Source: Candidatus Tectimicrobiota bacterium (GTDB lineage Bacteria > JACPUC01). From it: a stretch of 20,000 nucleotides of DNA. The DNA is taken from positions 115,501 to 135,500 of the forward strand of contig JACPUC010000002.1 of NCBI GenBank assembly GCA_016192455.1, read 5' to 3'. Position 1 is the stretch's first letter; every line of letters starts with the position of its first letter. Both the position numbers and the translations under genes were made by a program. The notes under the pieces are model-generated. The model saw only the letters and a list, made by a program, of their open reading frames with translations. It ran no database searches and was not told the DNA's origin. Below, in pieces: positions 9,002-16,987 of the stretch.

Positions 9002-10600
9002 TCACGACCGCCGCATCCACCAGGGCTTGATGCCGAAGTCCTGCGCCATGACGCCGGCCGCGTTGTACCCCGGCGCGGCGGTGATGCCCCCCTGGGGATG
9101 ACAGGAACCGCCGCAGAGGTAGAGGCCCTCGATCGGCATGCGGTAGTGCGACCAGCCGGGGAAGGGCCGGAAAAAGCCCATCTGATCCGGCCCCACGGAG
9201 CCGTGCAGCTTCGCCCCCCGGAACATGCTGGGGGTGGTGCGCTCGATGTCCAGCGGCGAGTAGACGTAGCGGGCCAGGATGTTGTCCCACGTCATGTTCG
9301 GCGCGTAGCGGCGCCAGAGCGCCTCTATCTGGTCGGCGTAGTCCTCCTTCACCTCGTCCCACTTCTCCGGGCCGTCCTTCAACTGGTAGGTGGCGAACTG
9401 CCAGGCAAAAGCGGTGTGTTTGCCGGGCGGAGCCTGGGTGGGATCGTGGATGGTGGGACAGATCGAGTAGCCGCTGAGGTGCGGCGAGGGGACGCCGGCC
9501 TTGATGTCGTTGAAAAGGAGCTGCAAGTCGAGCAGCGACTCCATGCCCCAAGCGACGAAGGCCGAGCTGTGGATGGCCGGGTTGTTCTCGGCCGCCACGT
9601 AGCGCGGCGGCTCGTTCAGGGCGTAGTGCGTCGTAAAGAGCGTCATCAGGTCGGGCTGGTAGTGCTCCACGTCGTGGGCGAAGCGCTCGCCGGCGATCTC
9701 CTCGATGGTCTCCCTGCCGATGAGATCGAAGAAGGTGGGGAGGGGCGTGGTATTGGAGGCGATCCCCTTGCGGGCCGCAATCTCGTTCCCATCCTCGAGC
9801 CGCACGGCCACGGCCCGGCGGTTGCGCACGAGGATCTTCTGCACGCCGGCGTTGCGCAGCACCGTGCCGCCGTGGGCCTCGACGCAGCGGGCGAGCGCCT
9901 CGGCCAGGCTGCGCGAGCCGCCCTCGGCGATGCCCACGGGGGCGTGCAGGCCGTAAAGGAGCACCAGCGTCATGATGCCGGTGCCGTAGAGGTCCCCGGG
10001 GTTCGAGCCCTGCGTCCCCATCATCAGCAGCCAGAGCTTCACCCTCTCGTTCTCGAAGTTCTCGTTGCAGAAGACGAAGGGCGAGGCCTGCATGTACTTC
10101 AACACGCGCCGGCCGTTCTCCGTCTGCTCCAGGGGGGCGGAGACCTTCGACGGCGGCAACGGCGGGTTGTACCAGGCCGCCTGCACCAGCGCCGTCACCC
10201 CCTTGAAGGTGGCGTAGATGTCCTGGTAGCTCTTGGCGTCCTTCTTGGAGAACTTCTCGATATCGGCGAGGGTGCGGCGGTAATCGCGGTAGAGGCCGAT
10301 GCTGGAGCCATCCTCGAAGACCATGCAGTAGACGGGATCGGGATAGACGTAGCGCAGGCCGTACTTGTCGAGCTCGAGCGGCTGGAAGATGCGCTCGCGG
10401 TTGAGCCACGTGTGCGCCATGGAGTGGAGGTTATGCTTGAACCCCGGCAGGGTCATCTCCTCCGTCGAGCACCCCCCGCCGATGTTGTGGCGCTTCTCCA
10501 GGACGAGCACGCTCAGCCCGGCCTTCGCCAGGAAGGCGGCGCAGACGAGGCCGTTATGGCCGCCGCCGACAACAATGACATCGTACGCGCTTTCCATCAT
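9002..10600 (-). CDS. Phytoene dehydrogenase-like FAD-dependent oxidoreductase (COG1233 type)
   Basis: Motifs include YDVIVVGGGHNGLVCAAFLAKAG..VLVLEKR, GGSRSLAEAL, DPTQAPPGKH and YRMPIEGLYLCGGSCHPQGGITAAPGYNAA. Confidence 0.93.
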   Translation of the reverse strand: MMESAYDVIVVGGGHNGLVCAAFLAKAGLSVLVLEKRHNIGGGCSTEEMTLPGFKHNLHSMAHTWLNRERIFQPLELDKYGLRYVYPDPVYCMVFEDGSSIGLYRDYRRTLADIEKFSKKDAKSYQDIYATFKGVTALVQAAWYNPPLPPSKVSAPLEQTENGRRVLKYMQASPFVFCNENFENERVKLWLLMMGTQGSNPGDLYGTGIMTLVLLYGLHAPVGIAEGGSRSLAEALARCVEAHGGTVLRNAGVQKILVRNRRAVAVRLEDGNEIAARKGIASNTTPLPTFFDLIGRETIEEIAGERFAHDVEHYQPDLMTLFTTHYALNEPPRYVAAENNPAIHSSAFVAWGMESLLDLQLLFNDIKAGVPSPHLSGYSICPTIHDPTQAPPGKHTAFAWQFATYQLKDGPEKWDEVKEDYADQIEALWRRYAPNMTWDNILARYVYSPLDIERTTPSMFRGAKLHGSVGPDQMGFFRPFPGWSHYRMPIEGLYLCGGSCHPQGGITAAPGYNAAGVMAQDFGIKPWWMRRS

Positions 10601-10689
10601 CGGTTCCCTTTACCCTCGCCCCCCGGGAGCCCACGCCTCACGAGTCCGCCGCAAGGACGCCTCGGCCCGGTTTCCGTTCGAGTTCGATG

Positions 10690-11268
10690 TTAGCGGCTCT
10701 TTTTGCCGCAGACGATGAAGTAGTAGTCGTAGAGATCGACCTCGCGCGGCTCCAGGAACCCTGCCGCCGTCATCTCGCTCTGCACCGTCGCGACTTCGAG
10801 GCGGTGCTCGAGTGGCGGGCCGCTGGGCGTCTCCTTCTTCCGCCAGTCTAGGTTGATGAACTGCCCTCCAGGTCTCAGGAGGCGGTGGATTTCGGCGAGC
10901 ATGGTGGCGCGGTCGTCGAGCTCGTGGTAGACGCAGCTCATGAGGACCACATCCATCGAGCCGTCGGTGAGGGGAACCCTCGATTCCTCCGAGAGGAGCG
11001 GCTCGACGTTGGTGATTCCTGCTTCCTGCATCTCGTCCCGCAACGCCTCGAGCATCTCCGGCGAGATGTCGGCCGCGTAGACTCTGCCAGCCGCACCGAT
11101 GTGGCGCGCCAGGGGAATGGTCCAGAAGCCCACGCCGCAACCGACGTCGAGGATGGTGCTCCCCGGCGCGATGGAGAGGCTGGCCACGAGCTGTTCCGGC
11201 GGCATGTTCTTGAGACGTTCCGGCGCTTTCAGGCGCTCGCGATTGCGGATATCAAACTTTCTATTCAT
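10690..11268 (-). CDS. Class I SAM-dependent methyltransferase (UbiE/Methyltransf_11/31-like)
   Basis: Motifs are ILDVGCGVGFWT, VYAADISPEML, EIHRLLRPGG and DW..ETPSGPPLEHR. ATG 11268 is preceded by GGAG. Confidence 0.9.
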   Translation of the reverse strand: MNRKFDIRNRERLKAPERLKNMPPEQLVASLSIAPGSTILDVGCGVGFWTIPLARHIGAAGRVYAADISPEMLEALRDEMQEAGITNVEPLLSEESRVPLTDGSMDVVLMSCVYHELDDRATMLAEIHRLLRPGGQFINLDWRKKETPSGPPLEHRLEVATVQSEMTAAGFLEPREVDLYDYYFIVCGKKSR

Positions 11269-11375
11269 GATTCGCTCCGGCGTGCGTGGGCGTGGTGAGA
11301 TGCAAGAAGACACACTCCGCCGCGGCGATGCTCACAGCGCGCCGACGCAAACGCGCCGAGCATGCCGCGGCCGGT

Positions 11376-11384
11376 ATGATAGCA
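11376..11384 (-). promoter_or_regulatory. Extended -10 element for the methyltransferase gene
   Basis: The minus strand reads TGCTATCAT (TGn + TATCAT), about 110 bp upstream of ATG 11268. Confidence 0.45.
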
Positions 11385-11536
11385 GAGTTGCCCGCCGCCC
11401 GGAAGCGCGCCCGACGTGGCGCCTGCGTTGCCCTTCGCGGGCGGCCGCGATCGCCGGACTCCGCCCGCCGCGGTCTCCTTGCCCGCGCGCCGCAACCGAC
11501 GGCGTCGCCGGCCCCGGCGCTCCCGTCGCCGCGTCG

Positions 11537-11567
11537 TTTGACCGCCGTCAAACCCTGTTGCTATCAT
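11537..11567 (+). promoter_or_regulatory. Promoter of the chromate transporter gene with a palindromic operator over the -35 box
   Basis: The arrangement is TTGACC(11538)-18 nt-TATCAT(11562) with a TGn extension. The palindrome TTTGAC-CGCC-GTCAAA spans 11537-11552. Confidence 0.55.
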
Positions 11568-11721
11568 CACCGCCTGACCCGGGGGGGAGCGCCCCGGGGG
11601 TGGAACACGGTGCTCCACCTTCCTGCTGCTCCGCATGCCGCATGATGCCTGCCTGGTCGGGGCGGCTGGGCGGTTTGATGAGCGCTGCGCGCCCGATCGC
11701 GAGCCTGGGAGTTACTCCACC

Positions 11722-12243
11722 ATGGTGATTTACTGGCAGCTCTTCCTTTCCGTCTTGAAAATTGGCATCTTCGGCTACGGCGGCGGCCCCTCGATGATCC
11801 CCCTCCTGGAGAAGGAGGTGGTCGATGTGCACCGCTGGCTGTCGCAGGCGGAGTTCGTCGATGCGCTGGCGATGGGCAACTCCCTGCCGGGACCGATCAT
11901 CGTGAAGATGTGCGGCTACATTGGACTGAAGGTGGCCGGCTGGCCGGGGGCCGCCATTGGCGCCATCGGCGTCTTCCTCCCCTCAATGATCGCCATGATG
12001 ATCTTGGCAAAGCTCTTCTTCGCCTACAAGGACCTGCCGCAGGTGCAGGCAACATTCAAGGCGGTCCGGCCGGCAATTGTGGCGCTCGTCTTCATCGTCG
12101 TCGTCGATATCTTCCCCTCCAGCGTCAAGAACTGGCACACCGGCCTCATCGTCGTCGTCACCTTCATCGTCATCTATTTCCTCAACCTCCATCCAGCCCT
12201 GGCCATCCTTGGCGCGGCGATCTTCGGCATTCTCGTCTACTGA
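11722..12243 (+). CDS. chrA: Short-chain (monodomain) chromate ion transporter, CHR family
   Basis: The 173-aa hydrophobic product contains KIGIFGYGGG..MIPLLEKEVV...WLS..EF.DALAMGNSLPGP, FLPS and VRPAIVAL. Confidence 0.9.
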   Translation: MVIYWQLFLSVLKIGIFGYGGGPSMIPLLEKEVVDVHRWLSQAEFVDALAMGNSLPGPIIVKMCGYIGLKVAGWPGAAIGAIGVFLPSMIAMMILAKLFFAYKDLPQVQATFKAVRPAIVALVFIVVVDIFPSSVKNWHTGLIVVVTFIVIYFLNLHPALAILGAAIFGILVY

Positions 12244-12284
12244 GCCCGCCTCCGCGCCGGCCGCGGGGCAGGGGGGCGGCCAGG

Positions 12285-13439
12285 TCAGACGCGCTCCCCC
12301 GCTCCGAACAAGGCCACATCCTTCAAGCGCGGCAACACCGTGATGATGAAGACCAGAAGGGCAAGGAGGACAATCCCCACCGAGGTCCCGAAGACCACGG
12401 GGATGCTGGCGGCGGCGGCGATCGCCCCGACCATCCAGGCCCCCAGGATGCCCCCCAACCCGTAGGCCGAGGCGGTGAAGAGCCCCTGACCGCTGGCGCG
12501 CAGCTCATCGGGGACCAGGCTCTGGATGAGCGTGACGCTGCCGACGTGGAAAGCGCCGAACGTGAGACCGTGGAGCGACTGGGCCGCAACCAGGACGCCC
12601 GGGTTCGTGGCGGTGGCGAAGAGGAACCAGCGCAGCACCGCGGCGCCCATGGCGAGCAGGATCAGGGCCTGCACCCCGGCCCGGCGCACGATGCGCCCCG
12701 AGGTCATGAGCACCGCCACCTCGCAGATCACGCCCAACGACCACGCCACGCCGATGATGCCGCGCGACACCCCGAGGCTGTCGAGGTAGATCGAGTAGAA
12801 GGTCACGTAGCCGGCATGGCTGAGCCGCATGAGGAAGGCGGTGGCAAGGTAGATGACGTAGGTGCGGTTGCCGAGGAGGCGGCCGAGCGACCGACCGCCG
12901 GCACTGCTCTGGAGCTGCGGCGAAGCCGGCAGGAGCGCGGCGCAGGCGGCCGCGCCGAGTCCGGACAGCAGCATGCTGGTGGAAAGCACCGGCGTGCCCC
13001 AGCGCTCGAAGAGCTGCCCGATCACCAGGACGCTGAGGATAAATCCGAAGGAGCCGAACATACGAATGCGGCCATAGTCTCCGCCGCGCAGCTTCAGGTG
13101 CTCAAAGGTGATGCTCTCCAGGAGCGAGCCGGTGGGGCTGCGGAAGAAGCAGAAGATGGAGAGCCCCAGGAGCACCAAGCCAAAGGGATGCAGACGAGCG
13201 AGAAAGAGGAAGGCCAGGGCGCTGCCGGCCGAGGCGAGCACCACGAAGTGCTTCTTCGTGCCGCTGCGGTCCGCGGCCTGGGTCCAGAAGGCGGGGGCGA
13301 GGGTGATGAAGAGCGGCAACACGGAAGCCAGCACGCCGATCTGCGCGTTCGTCATCCCGAGGTCGCGGAAATGGATGGGGAGGTAGGGCATGAACGTGCC
13401 AAGCGCGAAGAAGTGCAGGAAGTAAAGCGACCGGAGCAT
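12285..13439 (-). CDS. MFS transporter (MFS_1_like; HcaT/nucleoside-symporter-related)
   Basis: The 384-aa product has about 12 hydrophobic segments and the motifs GTFMPYLPIHF, ADRSG, DYGRIRMFGSFGF, LGVICEV, QSLHGLTFG and RASGQGLF. Confidence 0.9.
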   Translation of the reverse strand: MLRSLYFLHFFALGTFMPYLPIHFRDLGMTNAQIGVLASVLPLFITLAPAFWTQAADRSGTKKHFVVLASAGSALAFLFLARLHPFGLVLLGLSIFCFFRSPTGSLLESITFEHLKLRGGDYGRIRMFGSFGFILSVLVIGQLFERWGTPVLSTSMLLSGLGAAACAALLPASPQLQSSAGGRSLGRLLGNRTYVIYLATAFLMRLSHAGYVTFYSIYLDSLGVSRGIIGVAWSLGVICEVAVLMTSGRIVRRAGVQALILLAMGAAVLRWFLFATATNPGVLVAAQSLHGLTFGAFHVGSVTLIQSLVPDELRASGQGLFTASAYGLGGILGAWMVGAIAAAASIPVVFGTSVGIVLLALLVFIITVLPRLKDVALFGAGERV

Positions 13440-14150
13440 CTGCGTCGTCCAATCTGGGAGTGGGGGTGGGCGGCCATCCTCGTGAGAGGTGCTGGAGGAG
13501 CGGCGTCGAGACGTGACGCCGCCGCGCCGGGCTCGCAGGAGGCGCCGCCGACCTCGGGCCCGGGCTGGAGAACGGGCGATCGCCGGCGACCTTCCTCGAG
13601 GGTGCTCCGTGCCGGAAGCCTAGCGGCATTCCTGGCGGCGCGAGAGAGGACAATGCCTCCCCTGGCACGGCACGGAGGAGATCGCGGCGGCAGGCAGGGA
13701 CCATGTGCCACGATTTCGGGACGAGGCACGGGGTGGGGAACGAGGGTGGTCTGTCGCGGTAAACCCGCCCTTGCCCCGCCGCCGGGGCCGTCTCGCGGAC
13801 CAGAAGCTCATCCGCCGATGAGGCGTAGGGTACGGCGAAATCCATCTGCGATACAACAGAGAGCCTCTCTGGTCAAAGAGCGGAGCGCCGGCGCCAAAGG
13901 GGGCGGCGCACTGCGGGGACCGACGCTCCCTCGGCGCGACGGCGCGAGGCGTGCAAGAAGATCCGCCTTGGCCAAGAGGGACGAATGGGGTACGTTGTTC
14001 CCAGGACCGTGCGGGTGCTCTGATGCTACGTCTGCCGCAGGCTTCGGCGGGCGGCGCAGCTCAGCCGTGCGAAAGCCTTGCCGCTGCCGCGCCACGCCGC
14101 CGTCGGCAAGGCGGTCTCGCGCCCGCCCCCTGCTCCGCGAAGGTGGAACG

Positions 14151-14969
14151 ATGAGCCCGCAGCCCCTGTTGAGCATCGAGCAGGTATCGAAGCACTTCGG
14201 CGGCGTCCGGGCGGTGCATGCCTGCTCCCTAACGTTGCCTCCCTCCGAGCACGGCAGGGGCCCTTCCGCGACCACGAGCGACTCCGCCGCCGCGGCGGCG
14301 GGCGACGCTGCCGGGGCGCTCTCCGAGGCGTCCCCTGCGTCGGCTGCCGGTGGCATCTTCGGCCTCATCGGGCCGAACGGCTCGGGCAAGACCACGCTCT
14401 TCAACCTCATCACCGGCCTCTATCGCATTGATGCCGGGCGCATTCGCTTCCGGGGCAGGCGCATCGACGGGCACAAGCCGCACCAAATTGCCCGCGCCGG
14501 CATTGCCCGAACGTTCCAGATCATCCGCGTTTTCCCGGAGCTGACGGCGTTCGAGAACCTCCTCGTGGCGACCGATGATCACCGCGCGGAAGCGACGCGC
14601 GACCAGGCCGAGGAGCTGCTGGAACTGGTCTCGCTGGCGCACCTGCGGAACGAGTATGCGGCAAACCTCTCGTACGGCCAGCAGAAGCTCCTGGAGTTTG
14701 CGCGCTGCTTGATGCGCGATCCACGGCTCATCCTCCTGGATGAACCGGCCGCCGGCGTGAATCGCACCCTCCTCAATTCCCTCATCGAGCACATCGCGCG
14801 GCTCAGCCAGCGCGGCAAGACGATCTTCATCGTCGAGCACGATATGAAGGTCGTGATGGAGCTCTGTGACAGCGTCTTTGTCCTCGACCAGGGAGAGCTC
14901 ATCGCCCAGGGACCCCCCGCGGAAATTCAACGCGACGAGCGGGTCATCGCGGCCTACTTCGGCAGCTAG
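14151..14969 (+). CDS. livG: Branched-chain amino acid-type ABC transporter ATP-binding protein (LivG-like)
   Basis: Motifs are SKHFGGVRAV, Walker A GPNGSGKTT, GIARTFQ, LSYGQQK, Walker B LILLDEPAAG, VEHDM and a C-terminal VIAAYFG. Confidence 0.92.
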   Translation: MSPQPLLSIEQVSKHFGGVRAVHACSLTLPPSEHGRGPSATTSDSAAAAAGDAAGALSEASPASAAGGIFGLIGPNGSGKTTLFNLITGLYRIDAGRIRFRGRRIDGHKPHQIARAGIARTFQIIRVFPELTAFENLLVATDDHRAEATRDQAEELLELVSLAHLRNEYAANLSYGQQKLLEFARCLMRDPRLILLDEPAAGVNRTLLNSLIEHIARLSQRGKTIFIVEHDMKVVMELCDSVFVLDQGELIAQGPPAEIQRDERVIAAYFGS

Positions 14970-15387
14970 GACGTCTGGCGGTCAGCTCCGGCGCGCCTCC
15001 GGCCGGCCTCGACGTCTCTCCTGGGTGTGCAGACCTGGCTCGCTTTCTCCACCCTTCCTGGCGTGCGGTGCGAGCCGCTCCCGAGCCGCGCAGGGCGTGT
15101 CTCTCCCCGGCACCAGGCCGCCCCTTTCGTGCCGCCTTCGCTTGACAGGAAGCTGGAACTTGGTTGATATGAGCTGATTCGCGCGCGACCATCGCGGCCG
15201 CTGCTGAACCGAGCCCGGCCGGCGCGGCTTATGCCGGCGAGACGGTGAGGGCGGGCGCGGCGCGCCGGCGAGGCCGGCGCTCGTGCAAACCCGCGGCAGG
15301 AAGATCGTCAACCAGGTCACCGACCCACAGAGCGCACGGATGTGCCGTGCGTCTGGGCACGTCAAGCAGAACGAAGGGGGAAGAACC

Positions 15388-16560
15388 ATGAAACTCCGCT
15401 CACTCGTGTTGGCTGGTCTGCTTCTGCTCATGCTGGGAGGGCTGCTGGCAGGGGCGCCGTCCCAGGCCGCGGCAATCCAGGGCGAGGAGATTCGCATCGG
15501 CTTCATCATCCCGCAGGCTGGACCGATCGGCTTCCACGGGCGCCAACAGATGCTGACGCTCGAGCTGGTTCAGGAAGACCTCGCCAAGCAGGGGAACATC
15601 GCCGGCCTGAAGCTGAAGCCGATCGTCTACGATAGCCAATCGAAGCCGCAGGAAGCCATCAATGCGGCGCGCCGTCTCATCGCGCGGGATAACGTGCTGG
15701 TCATCGTCGGGCCCTTCCTCTCTGCGGAGGCGGAAGTGACCTTCCCGGTCGTCAATCAGGCGGCGATTCCCATCATCTCCCCCTCCTCGGCGAAGCCGGG
15801 GATTGCGGCGAAGAACCGCCCCTGGACCTTCCGCACCGCCATCCCCACCAACATGCTCTATGAGAAGACCGTGAAGAAATGGGTGGCGGAGAAGAAGATC
15901 AAGAACGTCGTCGTCATTTACAACAACCAGGACGCGATTAACCGCGGCGATGGGGAGATGGTCTACCCCAGCCTGCTGGAGCCGCTGGGCGTGAAGATCG
16001 TCGACAAGGTGAGCCACCCAACCGCGGCATTTGATTTCTCCGCCCAGGTGACGCGGGCGATCTCGCACAAGCCCGATGGCATCGTCCTCTCCTCGCTGCC
16101 GGAAGAGAGCGGCCTGGTGATCCGGGAAGTGCGCCGCCAAGGGTTCAACGGGCCCGTGCTGGGCAATATCTCCTTCGAGCAGCGCGCCGTGGACAAGGCA
16201 GGCAAGCTCGCCGATGGCGCCTGGACGCAGCAGTCCTTCTGGACCGGCAGCTCGGATGCCCGCGTGCAGAACTTCGTGAAGCGCATCGTGGAACGCAGCG
16301 AACGCAACGTCAACCCGGCCCAGGAGTCGGCTGCCTTCTACGATGCCATCTTCATCCTCAAGAAGGTGATCGAGGAGGAAGGTATCACGAACGACCCCGC
16401 CAAGATCGATGAGGATCGCCGCAAGATTCGCGACGGGCTTGCGAAGCTGAAGGATTTCCCGGGCATCTCCGGAAAGACGACTATGAGACCAGATGGCGAT
16501 GTCGACAAAGAGGCGGTGATGTTGAAGGTGGTGGACGGCAAGCTGGTGCCCATTCAGTAA
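15388..16560 (+). CDS. ABC transporter substrate-binding protein, LivK/LivJ (periplasmic binding protein type 1) family
   Basis: It has a signal peptide MKLRSLVLAGLLLL...AAA and the motifs IRIGFIIPQAG, YDSQSKPQEA, VIVGPFLS, WTFRT, DFSAQV, YDAIFIL and FPGISG. The RBS is GAAGGGGG. Confidence 0.92.
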   Translation: MKLRSLVLAGLLLLMLGGLLAGAPSQAAAIQGEEIRIGFIIPQAGPIGFHGRQQMLTLELVQEDLAKQGNIAGLKLKPIVYDSQSKPQEAINAARRLIARDNVLVIVGPFLSAEAEVTFPVVNQAAIPIISPSSAKPGIAAKNRPWTFRTAIPTNMLYEKTVKKWVAEKKIKNVVVIYNNQDAINRGDGEMVYPSLLEPLGVKIVDKVSHPTAAFDFSAQVTRAISHKPDGIVLSSLPEESGLVIREVRRQGFNGPVLGNISFEQRAVDKAGKLADGAWTQQSFWTGSSDARVQNFVKRIVERSERNVNPAQESAAFYDAIFILKKVIEEEGITNDPAKIDEDRRKIRDGLAKLKDFPGISGKTTMRPDGDVDKEAVMLKVVDGKLVPIQ

Positions 16561-16663
16561 TGAGGCGTGGCGGCGGGGTGTGACTGCTGGGAAGCCTGGC
16601 GCGCAAGGGAGGCATGCCTCGCCACGCGTTTGGCGCGGCATGCGGCTCCGCCTGCAAAGTGAG

Positions 16664-16876
16664 ATAGCGGTGTCGTCCTCCGATTGGTAGGGGGTTATTC
16701 CTGCTCGCCAGGGTAGAGGGACAGAAGGAGTCAGGGAAGCCGGGACGACCGCGCTGCATCGCGGTCCCTTCGTAGACGGAGGGGCGGCCTGGAGACAAAG
16801 GCAGGCGGACGGGTCCCCTTCCTCTCGGGCTAACTGAAGATCGCGCCACAAACGAGCCCCCAACCACGGCCGCTAT
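16664..16876. ncRNA. Candidate structured RNA of unknown class
   Basis: Nested long-range helices and internal hairpins were found by manual pairing (see findings). No credible ORF covers the region. Confidence 0.35.
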
Positions 16877-16913
16877 GGCAAGGCCCCAGGACTGGGGTGG
16901 GGTGATGCACATA

Positions 16914-16943
16914 GGGGGAGCTCCCGGTGAAGCTCCCCCTTTT
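16914..16943 (+). terminator. Rho-independent terminator
   Basis: The sequence GGGGGAGCT-CCCGGTGA-AGCTCCCCC-TTTT lies between convergent genes. Confidence 0.75.
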
Positions 16944-16987
16944 CTCAGAGAAGTGAGATGCTCGGGGCGCTTCCGCCGCGCTCCTTT

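Noticed and set aside
8970..10693. 479-aa (-) and 531-aa (+) ORFs
   Set aside because: They are alternative-frame and antisense shadows of the FAD oxidoreductase, with no recognisable motifs.
13660..13712. TGGCAC motifs suggesting sigma54 promoters
   Set aside because: Neither strand has a TTGC/GC at the required -12 spacing.
13102..13845. 247-aa minus-strand ORF upstream of and overlapping the MFS gene
   Set aside because: It is Pro/Arg-rich, has no motifs or RBS, and overlaps the MFS gene in another frame.
11910..14969. 1019-aa ORF that looks like a giant fusion ending in an ABC ATPase
   Set aside because: Its first 747 codons overlap chrA out of frame, the MFS gene in antisense, and intergenic DNA. 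The real LivG starts at ATG 14151.
16660..16910. Possible large SRP RNA, RNase P RNA or tmRNA
   Set aside because: Short resemblances (TAGCGGTG, GCTAACTG) exist, but SRP helix 8 (CAGG-stem-GNRA-stem-AGCAG), RNase P GAGGAAAGTCC and the tmRNA tRNA-like ends are all absent.
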